Shown: positions 53,002 through 64,000 of the stretch, one piece after another
How the letters are laid out: each line of letters starts with the position of its first letter
How positions within the stretch are numbered: the stretch's first letter is position 1
From: Lama glama
Lineage: Eukaryota
Direction: 5' to 3'
Length of the DNA stretch: 64,000 nucleotides
Assembly (NCBI GenBank): GCA_028534125.1
Contig: CM052817.1
Coordinates: 13,642,001-13,706,000 of the forward strand
Translations under genes and position numbers: made by a program
The notes under the pieces: generated by a model
Database searches by the model: none
Told to the model about the DNA's origin: nothing
What the model saw: the letters and a program-made list of their open reading frames with translations, nothing else

Positions 53002-53507
53002 TGTTGACAAAGATTCCACTCTTGACCAAATCCTATTCAGGCTCCCCTGAAAGTTTCAACCAGCCTTTGACTTATGAACTTCTGTGTTCATCTCTGCACT
53101 GTCCAATTTTAGCAAGAATTCTGCTAAGTTGGCTTAACGACAATCCCCAGTCCTTCATATCTGATCACTCTCTACATTGAATTGGATTTCTCATCCTCCA
53201 CCATCTTCCAGGTGATAACCCTGGCCTGTCTTCAGCAAATATCCTGCTAGATTGGTTTAGCCAAAATTCCCCCTTCCCTCTGATATTTCCTCCTTGTCAT
53301 GTTCCATCCACTGATCACCACCCTTCCTCTTGGCTAGAAATTCTGACTTGCTCATCATTCAGAGTTGAGTTCCATCTTTCCACCAAACTGCAAAATCCCA
53401 TTTCAGTGGTCCCTATACCTCTCACCATGCCTGCCCCTCCAGTAAGATGGAATAAAAGCTATCTTACTGTGCATTAACAAACATCATTGAATATTTTTTC
53501 TATAACA
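53002..53507 (+). mobile_element. MER31-like ERV1 solo LTR
   Basis: tgacaaagattccactcttgaccaaa...ccaattttagcaagaattctgctaag; AATAAA near 53450; ends ...tataaCA. Confidence 0.75.
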
Positions 53508-53530
53508 GAATATTATTTTTTCTTTAACAA

Positions 53531-53958
53531 TGTCCATAAGGATGTATCTTTAGACAACCAAATACAAGGTGGTAGTTGACTAAGGGTCACAGTTGCTACA
53601 CTCTTGCACATTTGCACCAAATGCACCACACATTCCACAGACTCTTCCATCCAGTGACTGAGCTTATTGGGGATACTAAATTAGGCTTATCTCTGGGAGA
53701 CACAGGACTCCTCTCATAGTTAACTTTGGTTTCAAGATGCCCTAAAGGATTGCTAAACCCTATACACATTGCATAGCAGTCTAGATGGTTCCTCCAACTT
53801 TCCTTCTCTGTCTCCTTCACTTAGGGTCAGACTTGCATCATAGTTTGATGACTCTGTCAGACTCTCTCCATTTTCTCTCACAGGCATTTATCTTAATACA
53901 ATTTTGCACATTTAAAATTTTACTGAGAGCTACTTCTTGGAAGACCTGGACTAACACA
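53531..53958 (+). mobile_element. LTR16-like ERVL solo LTR
   Basis: cagtgactgagc...gggagacacaggactcctct...ccttcacttagggtcagacttgcatcatag...cttcttggaagacctggactaacaca. Confidence 0.72.
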
Positions 53959-54082
53959 GGAGGTATTAACAAGAACAACATAAATGCCAGTAGTATTGTA
54001 AGATGAATTTGTTTATGGGAGTTTGGGGTATAGTTAATTCTGAACTCTGACAATACTGGGTTGAGTTTATGAATTACTAACT

Positions 54083-54457
54083 TTTTTAGTTTGCTGGGGG
54101 GCTGCCATAATATAGTACCACAAACCAAGTGGGTTAAACAATAGAAATGTATTTTCTCACAGTTCTGGAGGCTATAAGTCCAAGATCAAGGTGTTGGCAG
54201 GGTTGGCTTTGCCTGAGTCCTCCCTCCTTGACTTGTAGATGTCCATCTTCTCCTTGTTTCTTCACATCATCTTCCCTCTATGTGTGTCTGTGCTAAGCTC
54301 CTCTTTACATAAGGAGACCAGCTATATTGGATTAAGACTCATTTGAATTTAATCACCTCTTTAAAGGTCCTATCTCCAAATACAGTTACATTCTAAAATA
54401 CTGAGAGTTAAGATGTCAGTATATGAATTTGGGGGAACATAATCTGGCTCATAACAC
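54083..54457 (-). mobile_element. MLT1A/B-like MaLR solo LTR
   Basis: ggctgccataatatagtaccacaaacc...cacagttctggaggctataagtccaagatcaaggtgttggcaggg...atatgaatttgggggaacataatctggctcataaca. Confidence 0.88.
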
Positions 54458-55593
54458 TAGCCAATAGCAGCTGGATAAGATGATAGAATAGAAGGACGCT
54501 CATAGCTCACCCTCTCCCACAAATACACCAAAACTCACATCTACGGACCCACTCAGCCAACCAGAGCAACTGCCGAACTCCAACAGAACATCGCTCTCTT
54601 AGAAAGACAAAGACGCCGAAATCTGGTAGGAGAAAAGGAAAAAAGAAAGAAGAAAAAGCAGAACAGCGGGACTGGTACCGCAGGGAGGGAGCGGCAAAGG
54701 AGGACTGGCGCTCGCTCGCTGGGTCTCCCCTCTCCAACGGAGAGGCCAGTGAGATGGAGGGGGGAGCCTCCAAGGCTCAGATCTTCCCCGAGCACCCCTT
54801 GACTGACAAAACTAAGTTAAACGGGCACAAAGGGTCCCCGTGACACCCAGCCCGAGAGGCGAGCCGGCAGCTGGGGCCAGGCCAGGCTCCCCAAGCCAGG
54901 TGGAGGACTGTGGTGGCTGCACTGAGGCAGCCCCAGGGGACTGCAGGGGGGCTGTGCACCATGGCTAGGAGGGGATACGGAGCAAAACAACCTCAGTCCC
55001 CCATAAATTGCAAAAAAAGCAAAGCAACATGGCTGGTGTGCCCTGGGGGTAGGGGCATCGTAGCCTTTGTCTCCTCAGACCTGCGGCGCCATTACTGGGG
55101 CTTCTTGCAAGAAGAGAGGCAGGGGGCAGCCACAGCCTCCATCGCCTCCTATGCGCAGTACCCAGGCGGGGATGGGGCCAAGCCCTGAATCCGCACCCAG
55201 GGGCTCTGCAACCTCCTAGGCAGGACTGAGACTTGTTTACAGAGGCAGATAGGATCTTTCTTCCCTGGCTCTTCAGAGAACTCACACGCCAAGACAAACA
55301 AGGAGCTGAGATTTGGCAAAGAGCAGGGGCGGGGCTGTTCTGCGGTCTTCCCTGAGCCCACCTACGGAGCACCAACCCGAGGTGGAGCAGGCAGCTGCAC
55401 AGAGCAGCGGAGTGACTCACACCGGGAGAGGGCGGGTGACCCCCCCCTGCCTTTCCGGCAGGAACGCAGCACCTGACCACGGTGCTTGGAGGGGGCGCTA
55501 TCCGCCCATCTGCCTCACCCGAGCGCAGCATCTGACTGCGGCATTGGGAGGGGAAGTGACCTGCCCACCCACCGGCCACAGTGCCAGAGAGAT

Positions 55594-55998
55594 ATGAGCG
55601 ATATGAAGAATCAGAGGAACCACTCCCAATTAAAAGATCAAGAAAAATCCCTGGAAAGCACAATCAAGGAAATAAGATTGATGGGCTACTAGATCAAGAT
55701 TTCAAAAAAGGAGTGATCAAAGTACTGAAGGAACTAAAAGAAATAGTGTTTAGAGATATAAAATATGTCAAAAATAAAATAGAAGCTATAAAGAAGCACC
55801 AAGTAGAATTAGTAAACTCATTTGCTGAGATGAGAGCTGACCTAAAGGCTGTGCAAAGCAGGCTAGATAATGCAGAGGAACGAATAAGTGACCTAGAAGA
55901 CAGGACAACAGAAAGCACCCAATCAGAACAGCTGAGAGAAAAACAAATAAAAAACAATGAAAACAATATAAGGGACCTACGGGATAATATAAAGCATG
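55594..55998 (+). pseudogene. L1 ORF1p N-terminal part, frameshifted near 55675
   Basis: ATG 55594 MSDMKNQRNHSQLKDQEKSLESTIKEI continues in another frame as IDGLLDQDFKKGVIKVLKELKE...SRLDNAEERISDLEDR...NIRDLRDNIKH (ORF1p coiled-coil motifs). Confidence 0.85.
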
Positions 55999-56498
55999 NN
56001 NNNNNNNNNNNNNNNNNNNNNNNNNNNNNNNNNNNNNNNNNNNNNNNNNNNNNNNNNNNNNNNNNNNNNNNNNNNNNNNNNNNNNNNNNNNNNNNNNNNN
56101 NNNNNNNNNNNNNNNNNNNNNNNNNNNNNNNNNNNNNNNNNNNNNNNNNNNNNNNNNNNNNNNNNNNNNNNNNNNNNNNNNNNNNNNNNNNNNNNNNNNN
56201 NNNNNNNNNNNNNNNNNNNNNNNNNNNNNNNNNNNNNNNNNNNNNNNNNNNNNNNNNNNNNNNNNNNNNNNNNNNNNNNNNNNNNNNNNNNNNNNNNNNN
56301 NNNNNNNNNNNNNNNNNNNNNNNNNNNNNNNNNNNNNNNNNNNNNNNNNNNNNNNNNNNNNNNNNNNNNNNNNNNNNNNNNNNNNNNNNNNNNNNNNNNN
56401 NNNNNNNNNNNNNNNNNNNNNNNNNNNNNNNNNNNNNNNNNNNNNNNNNNNNNNNNNNNNNNNNNNNNNNNNNNNNNNNNNNNNNNNNNNNNNNNNNN
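55999..56498. other. Assembly gap (exactly 500 N) inside the young L1
   Basis: N run. Confidence 1.
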
Positions 56499-57194
56499 GG
56501 TCACTCATATGTGGAATCTAAAAAAAAAAAAAAAAAAAAAAAAGAAACAGACTCATAGACATAGAATACAAACTTGTGGTTGCCAAGGGGGCAAGGCGTG
56601 GGAAGGGATAGACTGGGATTTTAAAATGTAGAATAGATAAACAAGATTATATTGTATAGCACAGAGAAATATATACAAGATATTGCGGTAGCTGACAGCA
56701 GAAAAAAAATGTGACAATGAATATACGTATGTTTATGTATAACTGAAAAATTGTGCTCTACACTGGAATTTGACACAGCATTTTAAAATGACTATTACTC
56801 AATAAAAAAAGTTAAAAAAAAATAACACTAGCCAATAACTCTCAGCCCGTCACTTGACTCCTCTGAGCCTTACATTGAAAAATAGGAAGAGATAATATTT
56901 ACCATATGGTTTTGCTCAAATTAAGTACAATAATATAAAAAAGTCACTGGCTTATGCCACCAACACACATTAATTAAGAAAGTGACAAACAGAGTGATGT
57001 GCTAAGCCTTTTTATCAACATACATACTCAGTCTGAACCACAGCATATTTGGAATGATACTCTCTCTTCTGTCTGTAGGGTGACAGGCCCCCTCTGCACT
57101 CCAGATTTCCAAACTATTCATGACTGACCCACCCAAAAGGACATGCTATTCAGAGTGCACAGAGAATTTTGTTTGCCTCTCCAGATGCTAGTCG

Positions 57195-57450
57195 AATGAT
57201 CAACAAGCATATGAAAAGAAGCTCAACATTTTTAAGTCCCTAAGGAAATGGTGATCAAAATCACAGTAAAATACTGTTTCACACCCACTAGTATGGCTAT
57301 AATCGTAAAGACAGATAAGAATAAGTTCTGGTGAGGACGTGGAGAAATCGGAACCTTCATTCAGTGATGGTAGAAGGTAAAATCATGCAGCCTCTTTACA
57401 AAGCAGTCCGATGATTTCCTTAGTTAAACAGCGTTACCTCAGGATTGAGC
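57195..57450 (+). mobile_element. Old L1 ORF2 3' fragment
   Basis: caacaagcatatgaaaagaagctcaacat...ggtgaggacgtggagaaatcggaaccttcat. Confidence 0.8.
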
Positions 57451-58869
57451 AAGTAAGTGCCATTGTATATCGTGATTTCTGTTTTCCACTTTTAATTCAT
57501 TTATTTTACTGATAAGATTTAATTTATTTTGCTGATAAAATCACACCTACATTTTTTTTCTATTTAATATGGTTTGAAATCAAGTAAGTTATTGTTTTTT
57601 TCCCTGTAACATCATTAGCTGGTGTAATGAGTCTTTCAATATCAATTGGTACCACTCATCAACAGTCCTCTCCTTAACAGATTCTCTGGCAAGATGATTA
57701 CTGCTGATTAGGTTGATATGAGAGCTAGGCATGATTTTGAGTTTTCTTCTGAACACTGAATTATATTCAGTACCATGTTTTTGTTAAAGTCATTTTGTTC
57801 TCGGGAAATTGGCAAACCATGAGTAGCATGTATAGTCATTCTCTGACAACTAAAATATCTGATTAAGCCTGACAGTAGAGCTTATAGTAGATTTTTAAAG
57901 CTTGCATTTTCATCTGCATATATTTCCAAAGAAATCCCTTTGTGTTGATACCTTTTCTAAAGTTTTCACTAAATATCAAACAGTAAGTCCATTATTTTCA
58001 GTACTAACTGGCCACACTTAGGCTGAGTGGAAAGTTTTCTTTAATGGGCCCTTCAAAATTTCAACCTTACTGCTGGCATTTAGTGAATGTCAAGATACTT
58101 AATTCAGGAGTGCACTTTTGGCTTTTACAATGAGATTCTATTGTTATTGATTTTATCCTGATAAAAACATTTTACTTCAAATCTTAGAAAATATATTTCT
58201 GGATCCAGTAAGTATGTTATTTTCTTAAAATGATACATCTTTCATGGGACCTTTTTATTCTTTTTTTCAAAATTTTAAGAGGAAAAAGAAAAGTGATGAC
58301 TCTTTGTATGTGAAATATTATTTTCTTAAATATTCAGAGCTCAGTGAACTACCCTAAAATAGAATGAAAATGTGAGACAGGATCACGTAGAGCCTGAGAC
58401 AAGACCGACTGGAAAAGCCAAAAGAGCTTTTAATTTGAGTTATGATTATGGACAACTTCCTATGGAAAGAAAAGTATAAGAATTTAGCATGTGGGCAGTA
58501 AGAGGCACCAAGATAATTTCCAGTAATGGGGATGGTATGCCAAAGACCTGCTTTAATTGGAAGAGTGTTGGTGTGTAGAATAGACTTTAAAAAAAAATTG
58601 CTCTGTTGATACAGTCGCATTTATTCAGAGTTGGTTTTGACAGTTGTGCTGCTATTTCAGACAGGCTCCTTCATCATTTTGAGCTCTAATCTTCTTGAAT
58701 TTGGCGCCAAATCATTCCAGTACCAAATAAGACTCCATTGCTCTTTTGTTTTAATTGCATGGGAAATTTTTTCTTAATAAATCCAGCTTCTCCTTTGAAG
58801 AACAAAAGTGGAGAAAACTTTAACTTAAGATAGAATGGACCACTATTCTAATTCTGTTGGAGTGTATCA

Positions 58870-59560
58870 GACCTCAGGCCTTTATGTATACTTATTCCTT
58901 TTGATTATCTCCAATCGTATGGCTTTAAATAATTTGCATATATATCCATGACTCACAATTTATATTTCTAGCCTGAACCTCTTAAACTCCAGATTCATAA
59001 CTAATTGACCATTGACATCCCCACCTGGATGTCTAATAGACATCTCATAATTAACATGTGCTGAACTGAATTCCTGACCTCCCTCCTCACCAGCTCTACT
59101 CATAAGATTCTATGTCCATTAAGGAAAATACTATGCTTTCAGTCATTCAAGTCTGCAACACTGGAGTCCTCCATCAGGAACCCAGACGTCTCTACCTTCA
59201 GGTCAGAGTTTTACCACTGTTACCACCTCCACCGCTGCCACTCTGATCAGAGATGCCATCTTCTCCAGCCCATATTCCTGCAATAGCTTTCTAATAGGTC
59301 TACTGGCTTCTGTCCTTGCTTCCCCACATTCTGTTTTCAAAGCAGCAGGGTAAGCCTTCTAACATGGAATCAGATTCTGTCACTTGTCTCTTTAAAACCA
59401 TGCAAGAGCCTCCAATTTCAGTTACTAAGCCAAGGTCCTTAAAATTGTCCACACGGCTTCCACTTGCCCTTCTAATGATTTACTCTACTGTAGCATAAGC
59501 TTTATGTGATAATATGCCTCCAGGCACACTGCAAGACAGGAGCAGAAAGTACACATAATT
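58870..59560 (+). mobile_element. L2 relic
   Basis: aaactccagattcataactaattgaccattgacatccccacctggatgtctaatagacatctca: conserved L2 segment. Confidence 0.75.
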
Positions 59561-60599
59561 CCCAGACAGGAACTAGTGAGATGGCTGGAGGTGTCTCTCT
59601 TCCCTCCCTCCTTCCTTCCTTCCTTCCTTCTTCATACCTTCCTTCCTCTCTTTCTTGCATAATTCATTTGGTAAAACATTGAATACATTCTCATACATGT
59701 TATGTAACGGATGCATGCTGGTGATAGGAAAATCAATAAAACACAGGATTTCACAATTCAGTAGGGAAAACTGATATGGAAACCAACCAATGCAAAACAA
59801 CATAATAAATGCAGGCACAGAATCAGAGGATGCAGTAAAAGAGCACCACGTCAAAGCTGCGGACAATAATTCTTTATCATGTAAGATCATTCCAACCAGT
59901 GTAGTCTGGAAGGACCCAGGTATTTTACAGTAGCTAGTAACCTGCAGGTAGCGCTACATGGTAAAGTATTTCCATAGTAACCATTCCAGTGCTCCCCAAT
60001 GTGGCATGAGTTAACCCCTGAATTGTGTTCCTTTTGTCACAGCCCTAGAACATTGTAAGTTCATATCATTATTTTTTTTTCTGTTCATGAGCTAGGGAAA
60101 ATGATGATTATAGTGAACACTATCACCCTGAAATGATGCCTCGAGTCTCGAAGTTTGAGAACACTTGTTGTAATCAACACCTCTCTAAAATGCCTTGTAG
60201 AGTAAAAGATAACTTGAGAACCAAATTGTAATCAAAGTTTGGTGAGTTTATCTAATAAAGCAAAGTGTCCAAGAAAATAGAAAACCAAAGGCACATATAC
60301 AGCATATTCCCTTCACTCAAAATAAGAGGTTTTATTTGCCCTTAGCATCAATGATGAAAGACTGTTAAACATTTTATCTTTCTAGAAAATCTATGTTTAA
60401 TATTCTATAGAAGAATCTGAATATTTTGCAAATCTCTTCTAAAAACAAGCTTCCATCAAATTCTGAACAGTTTTATGTATATTTCCAAAAAAAATCTTTT
60501 TTTAATGTTCTTTGCAGCAAAATTCATCCTTAAATAATTGGCCTTACACCTACTTCAGGGTAATAACTAAAGATTTGGTGCATGCAGACAAACACAATT

Positions 60600-61920
60600 A
60601 ATAAAAGTAGATACTATAACTTTGAGAAAATTGAAATTATATAGCATCTTTTCTGACCACAACCTACATATCAATTACAAGAAGAAAACTGAAAAATTCA
60701 CAAATATGTGGAGATGAAGCAACATGCTCCTGAACAACCAATGGGTCAAACAAAAATTTAGAAGTCAAATATATATCTTGAGACAAATAAAAATAGAAAT
60801 ACAAAATATTGAAACTTATGAAATGAAGCAAAAGCAATTCTATCAACAATCTAACTTTATATCTCAAGGAGCTATAAAAAGAAGAAAATAAGTACCTCCA
60901 AAAATTTATTTCTCCTTAAGAACAATAAGAACAATGTCAGAAAGTGTCAAATTTTTCATAACTCTGAAAATATCTAAGGGCTTGCAACAATTCAAGGAAT
61001 ATTTATTCAAGAAGAACAGCTGAATTTCAATAACAACAGTGAGTCTTGTGGCATTTTGACTTGGTGGACCTTTTAAATTCTCCCATCCTCCTTCTTCCCA
61101 GCATGGTGGCAGCCTTGAAAACCACCAGTTCTGCAAACACAGTGAAAGCCAGCAGCCTCTCAGACACTGGAGGGGAAAAACTTGTTTGGAACCCCTCCAA
61201 AAGCAGTATTTTCAGAATTGTCACTGTTTGACTTTTCTGGCCATCCCTGGAAAGTTGCATTACCAGGATATGCCATTATTTGACTGCATTCAGAACTGCT
61301 CAGAGCAAACAGTCTTTTCTCTAGGAGTATTGATTGTTCAGAAACAATTAGCGGCAATTGTTTAACAGCAAAGCTGCCTAAGGAAGCAATAAGAATTGGG
61401 GAAACAAGAAGCTGAACAAAAGAACAGGAAAATCTGGGGAATATGTCCACTGGGGGCTTTGGGAAGCTCTGACATATTTCTGGGAATATAAAAGTCCAAT
61501 CACATGTAAAGGACTATGTACATGTCAAGGAAAGGCCTGAGAAGGACCAAAATCTCACTTCTGGCTGACTCTGAATTTCTAGACAAACAGGAAGTGACGG
61601 TTAAGGCAGCACTGTAAACTGCTTGCTTGAGTCATACAGGAATAACCCAGAATGTACGCATAGACCTTTGGTTCAGTCTGGGGCACCTTTTGGTTCCAAG
61701 AATTTAAGAAAATATCCTTACAATCATTAGATGACCACAAACCTAACCAAACAGAAACTTCCATGGCCATAAATGATGGAAAATACAGACTTTATAAATT
61801 GAAGAAAGTCATTAAATACCAACCAAAAAACCCCTAGTTTTCCGAAGTTGCCATATTATATGATTGAAAATATCTTGTTGTTAACAAAAGACCAAAAGAC
61901 ATGCAGAGAAAAAAGGTTTA
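60600..61920 (+). mobile_element. Old L1 pieces: ORF2 endonuclease-end fragment (~60600-60900) followed by an L1MC/MD-type 5' region (~60900-61920)
   Basis: aaaattgaaattatatagcatcttttctgaccacaa...aacatgctcctgaacaaccaatgggtcaa (ORF2), then a sequence resembling the L1MCa/L1MDa 5' consensus. Confidence 0.72.
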
Positions 61921-61959
61921 GATCATTCTAAAATATAAGATATTAGCAAAAAAAAATTA

Positions 61960-62315
61960 TACAGCCACACACTTGACTTTTTCTCTAGAGCATGCTTTTC
62001 TAATAGTAAATTATTAATTTTAGAAATTTTTGCAACCTCAATATGTTGAGAATTTCCTAAGCCATCAAGGCTTGTTTCCTTTTTGTTTTAACAATTTATT
62101 TCTTCCTCATATTTTACTATAAGCAGCAAGCAGATGCCAGGCTGTACCTTCAACATTTTGCTTGGAAATTTCCACAGTTAAATGTCCATTTCATTATTCA
62201 CAAGTTAACTTTAATCATAACTGCACAGTCCCTTTTATCATGTAAGTTAGTATGGCGAAGATTTCAGGGGATTAGAACTTACATATCTTTGAGGGCTTAT
62301 TATTTTGCCTAATAC
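61960..62315 (-). mobile_element. MaLR (MLT1) internal/LTR fragment interrupting the old L1
   Basis: tactataagcagcaagcagatgccaggctgtaccttcaacattttgcttggaaatttcc (MLT-int like) and ggggattagaacttacatatctttgaggg...tattttgcctaatac (MLT1 LTR end). Confidence 0.6.
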
Positions 62316-62319
62316 TCAT

Positions 62320-64000
62320 TACCATAACTAAAGCAGTAATTGAAGGACAGAGGAACAAAGAGACATAAGATATACAGAAAATAAATATCAAAATGGCAGA
62401 CTTAATTCACACCTTATCAGTAATTCAGATTACATTATATGTAAATAGTTTTAACACCACAAACAAAAAGTAGAGATTGGTGAAATAAATTTTTAGATCT
62501 TTTTTTAATACCTACCCAATGAAAATAGTTGGTGAATTCAATATAGCACTTTAAATAACGCATAGGAAAACTAGCCGGAAGATCAACAAAGAAAATGAAG
62601 GCCTGAATACTATTCGTCAGTTAGACCTAATGGACATCTATACAGCATCCTACCAAACACTGCAGAATACACACTGGGTACACATGAAACAGTCTCCAAA
62701 ACAGACTACAGATGAGACCATTAAAAACTCAATACATTTAAAAAGATTGAAATCATAGAGAATAGAAAAAAAAAAGAACTAAGCCCAAAATTATTAGGAG
62801 GAAGAAAACAATAAAGATCAGAGCAGAAATAAATAAAATGGAGACTAAAAGAATAGAAAAGATCAGCAAAATTAAGAGGTGGTTTTTTGAAAAGATAAAC
62901 AAAACAGACAAAACCTTTTACAAAAATCAAAAAGAGAGAAAATTCAAATGGAATTATGAATGAAAGCAGAGACAATATAACTGATACCACAGAAATACAA
63001 AGGATTATTAGAGATTGTTGTAAGAAATTATACATCAACAAATTAGAAACTTTAGAGGAAATGGATAAATTCCTAGAAACATACAATCTCTAAGACTACA
63101 TCATGAAGGAATAGAAAATCTGAACAGACCATTACTAGTACTGAGATTTAATCAAAAACCTCCCAACAAAGAAAGTACAAAACCAGATGGCTTCATTGGT
63201 GAGTTCTACCAAACATTTAAAGAATTAATACCAATTTTTCTCAAATTCTTCCCCCCAAAAAAGAAGAGGAGGGAATATTTCCAAACTCATCTTATGAGGC
63301 TGGCATTTACCTGTTACCAAAACTAGACAAGGGCACTACAAAAAAATAAGATTATCAGCCATTATTCCTAATAAACATTGATTCAACGGGCCTCAACACA
63401 GTATTAGCAAACTGAATTCAACAATACACTGAAAAGATCATACACCATTATCAAGGGATTTATTCCAGGGATAAAAGAATTGTTCAACATCCACAAATCA
63501 ACTAATGCGATACACTAAATAAAGAAAATGAAGGAAGAAAATCACATGATCATTGCAATAGAAGCAGAAAAAGCATCTGACAAAATTCAACATCCACTCA
63601 TGATAAAAACTCAACTAAGTGAGTATAAAGGGAGTGCTCCTCAACGTAACAGAGCTCATACATGACAAGCTCACAGATAACACCGTGCTCAGTGGTGAAA
63701 AGCTGAAAGCATTTCTTCTAAGATTAGGAACAGACTCATAAATCAATGGAACAGAATACATAGCCTAGAAATAAACTCATGCGTATATGGTCAATTAATT
63801 TTTGACCAAGGAGCCAAGAATATACACGGGGAAAGGACAGCCTCTTCAATAAATGATGCCAGGAAAATTGGACAGCCACATGTAAAAGATTGAAACTGGA
63901 CCTCTATTTCACATCATATAAAAAATCAACTCAAAGTTGAGCAAAGACTTAAATTTAAAATCTGCAACTGTAAAACCTCTTGAAGAAAACATAAGGAGTA
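62320..64000 (+). mobile_element. Decayed L1 ORF2 (endonuclease/RT fragments with internal deletions), running off the window end
   Basis: gaaatggataaattcctagaaacatacaatct, ccagatggcttcattggtgagttctaccaaacatttaaagaa and gcagaaaaagcatctgacaaaattcaacatcc are all conserved L1 ORF2 segments; many stops. Confidence 0.92.

Larger units (their letters stand above)
54467..56821 (+). mobile_element. Young LINE-1 with both ends present (5' UTR, ORF1 start, N gap, 3' UTR, A-tail); camelid-type
   Basis: Perfect 16-bp TSD ATAACACTAGCCAATA at 54451-54466 and 56822-56837; CpG-rich ~1.1 kb 5' UTR; ORF1 coiled coil; L1 3' UTR with AATAAA and A-tail. The middle is hidden by the 500-N gap. Confidence 0.95.

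Noticed and set aside
54965..55663. 232-aa minus-strand ORF in the L1 5' UTR
   Set aside because: TTG start, GC-rich low-information composition, no recognisable domain.
55786..56631. Long ORFs across the second gap
   Set aside because: N-run artefacts; only the ORF1 portion before 55998 is real.
1..64000. CRISPR arrays, operons, tRNA/rRNA genes, further KCNIP4 exons, or known KCNIP4 intronic ncRNAs
   Set aside because: Mammalian intronic DNA: no repeat-spacer array, no tRNA/rRNA signature and no EF-hand core peptide seen; intronic ncRNAs cannot be located from sequence alone.

Overview
This is mammalian genomic DNA: AT-rich, repeat-dense, with two 500-N placeholder gaps (22434-22933, 55999-56498). 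The young L1 3' ends and the lack of recognisable Alu/B1/Bov-tA/PRE1/SINEC-type SINEs suggest a camelid (inference). The only host coding sequence I can support is a 112-nt first coding exon on the minus strand (18942->18831) within a CpG island. It encodes MLTLEWESEGLQTVGIVVIICASLKLLHLLGLIDFSE(D), which I recognise as the hydrophobic alternative N-terminus of KCNIP4/KChIP4 (KChIP4e-type exon). The rest is therefore most likely KCNIP4 intron. It holds a decayed class I ERV provirus (two LTRs; RNase H, integrase and env remnants) nested with a second solo LTR inside one MIR, a young L1 with both ends and a 16-bp TSD, truncated L1s, MaLR/ERV solo LTRs, hAT MITEs, L2 and MIR relics. I see no new multi-gene system. 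The most notable unexplained signals are an overlapping uORF on the KCNIP4 start, a recent 56-bp templated duplication, a tandem palindrome of MEF2-type sites, and an L1 whose antisense promoter would point in the KCNIP4 sense direction. Repeat family names come from memory of consensus sequences, and boundaries of old repeats are approximate.
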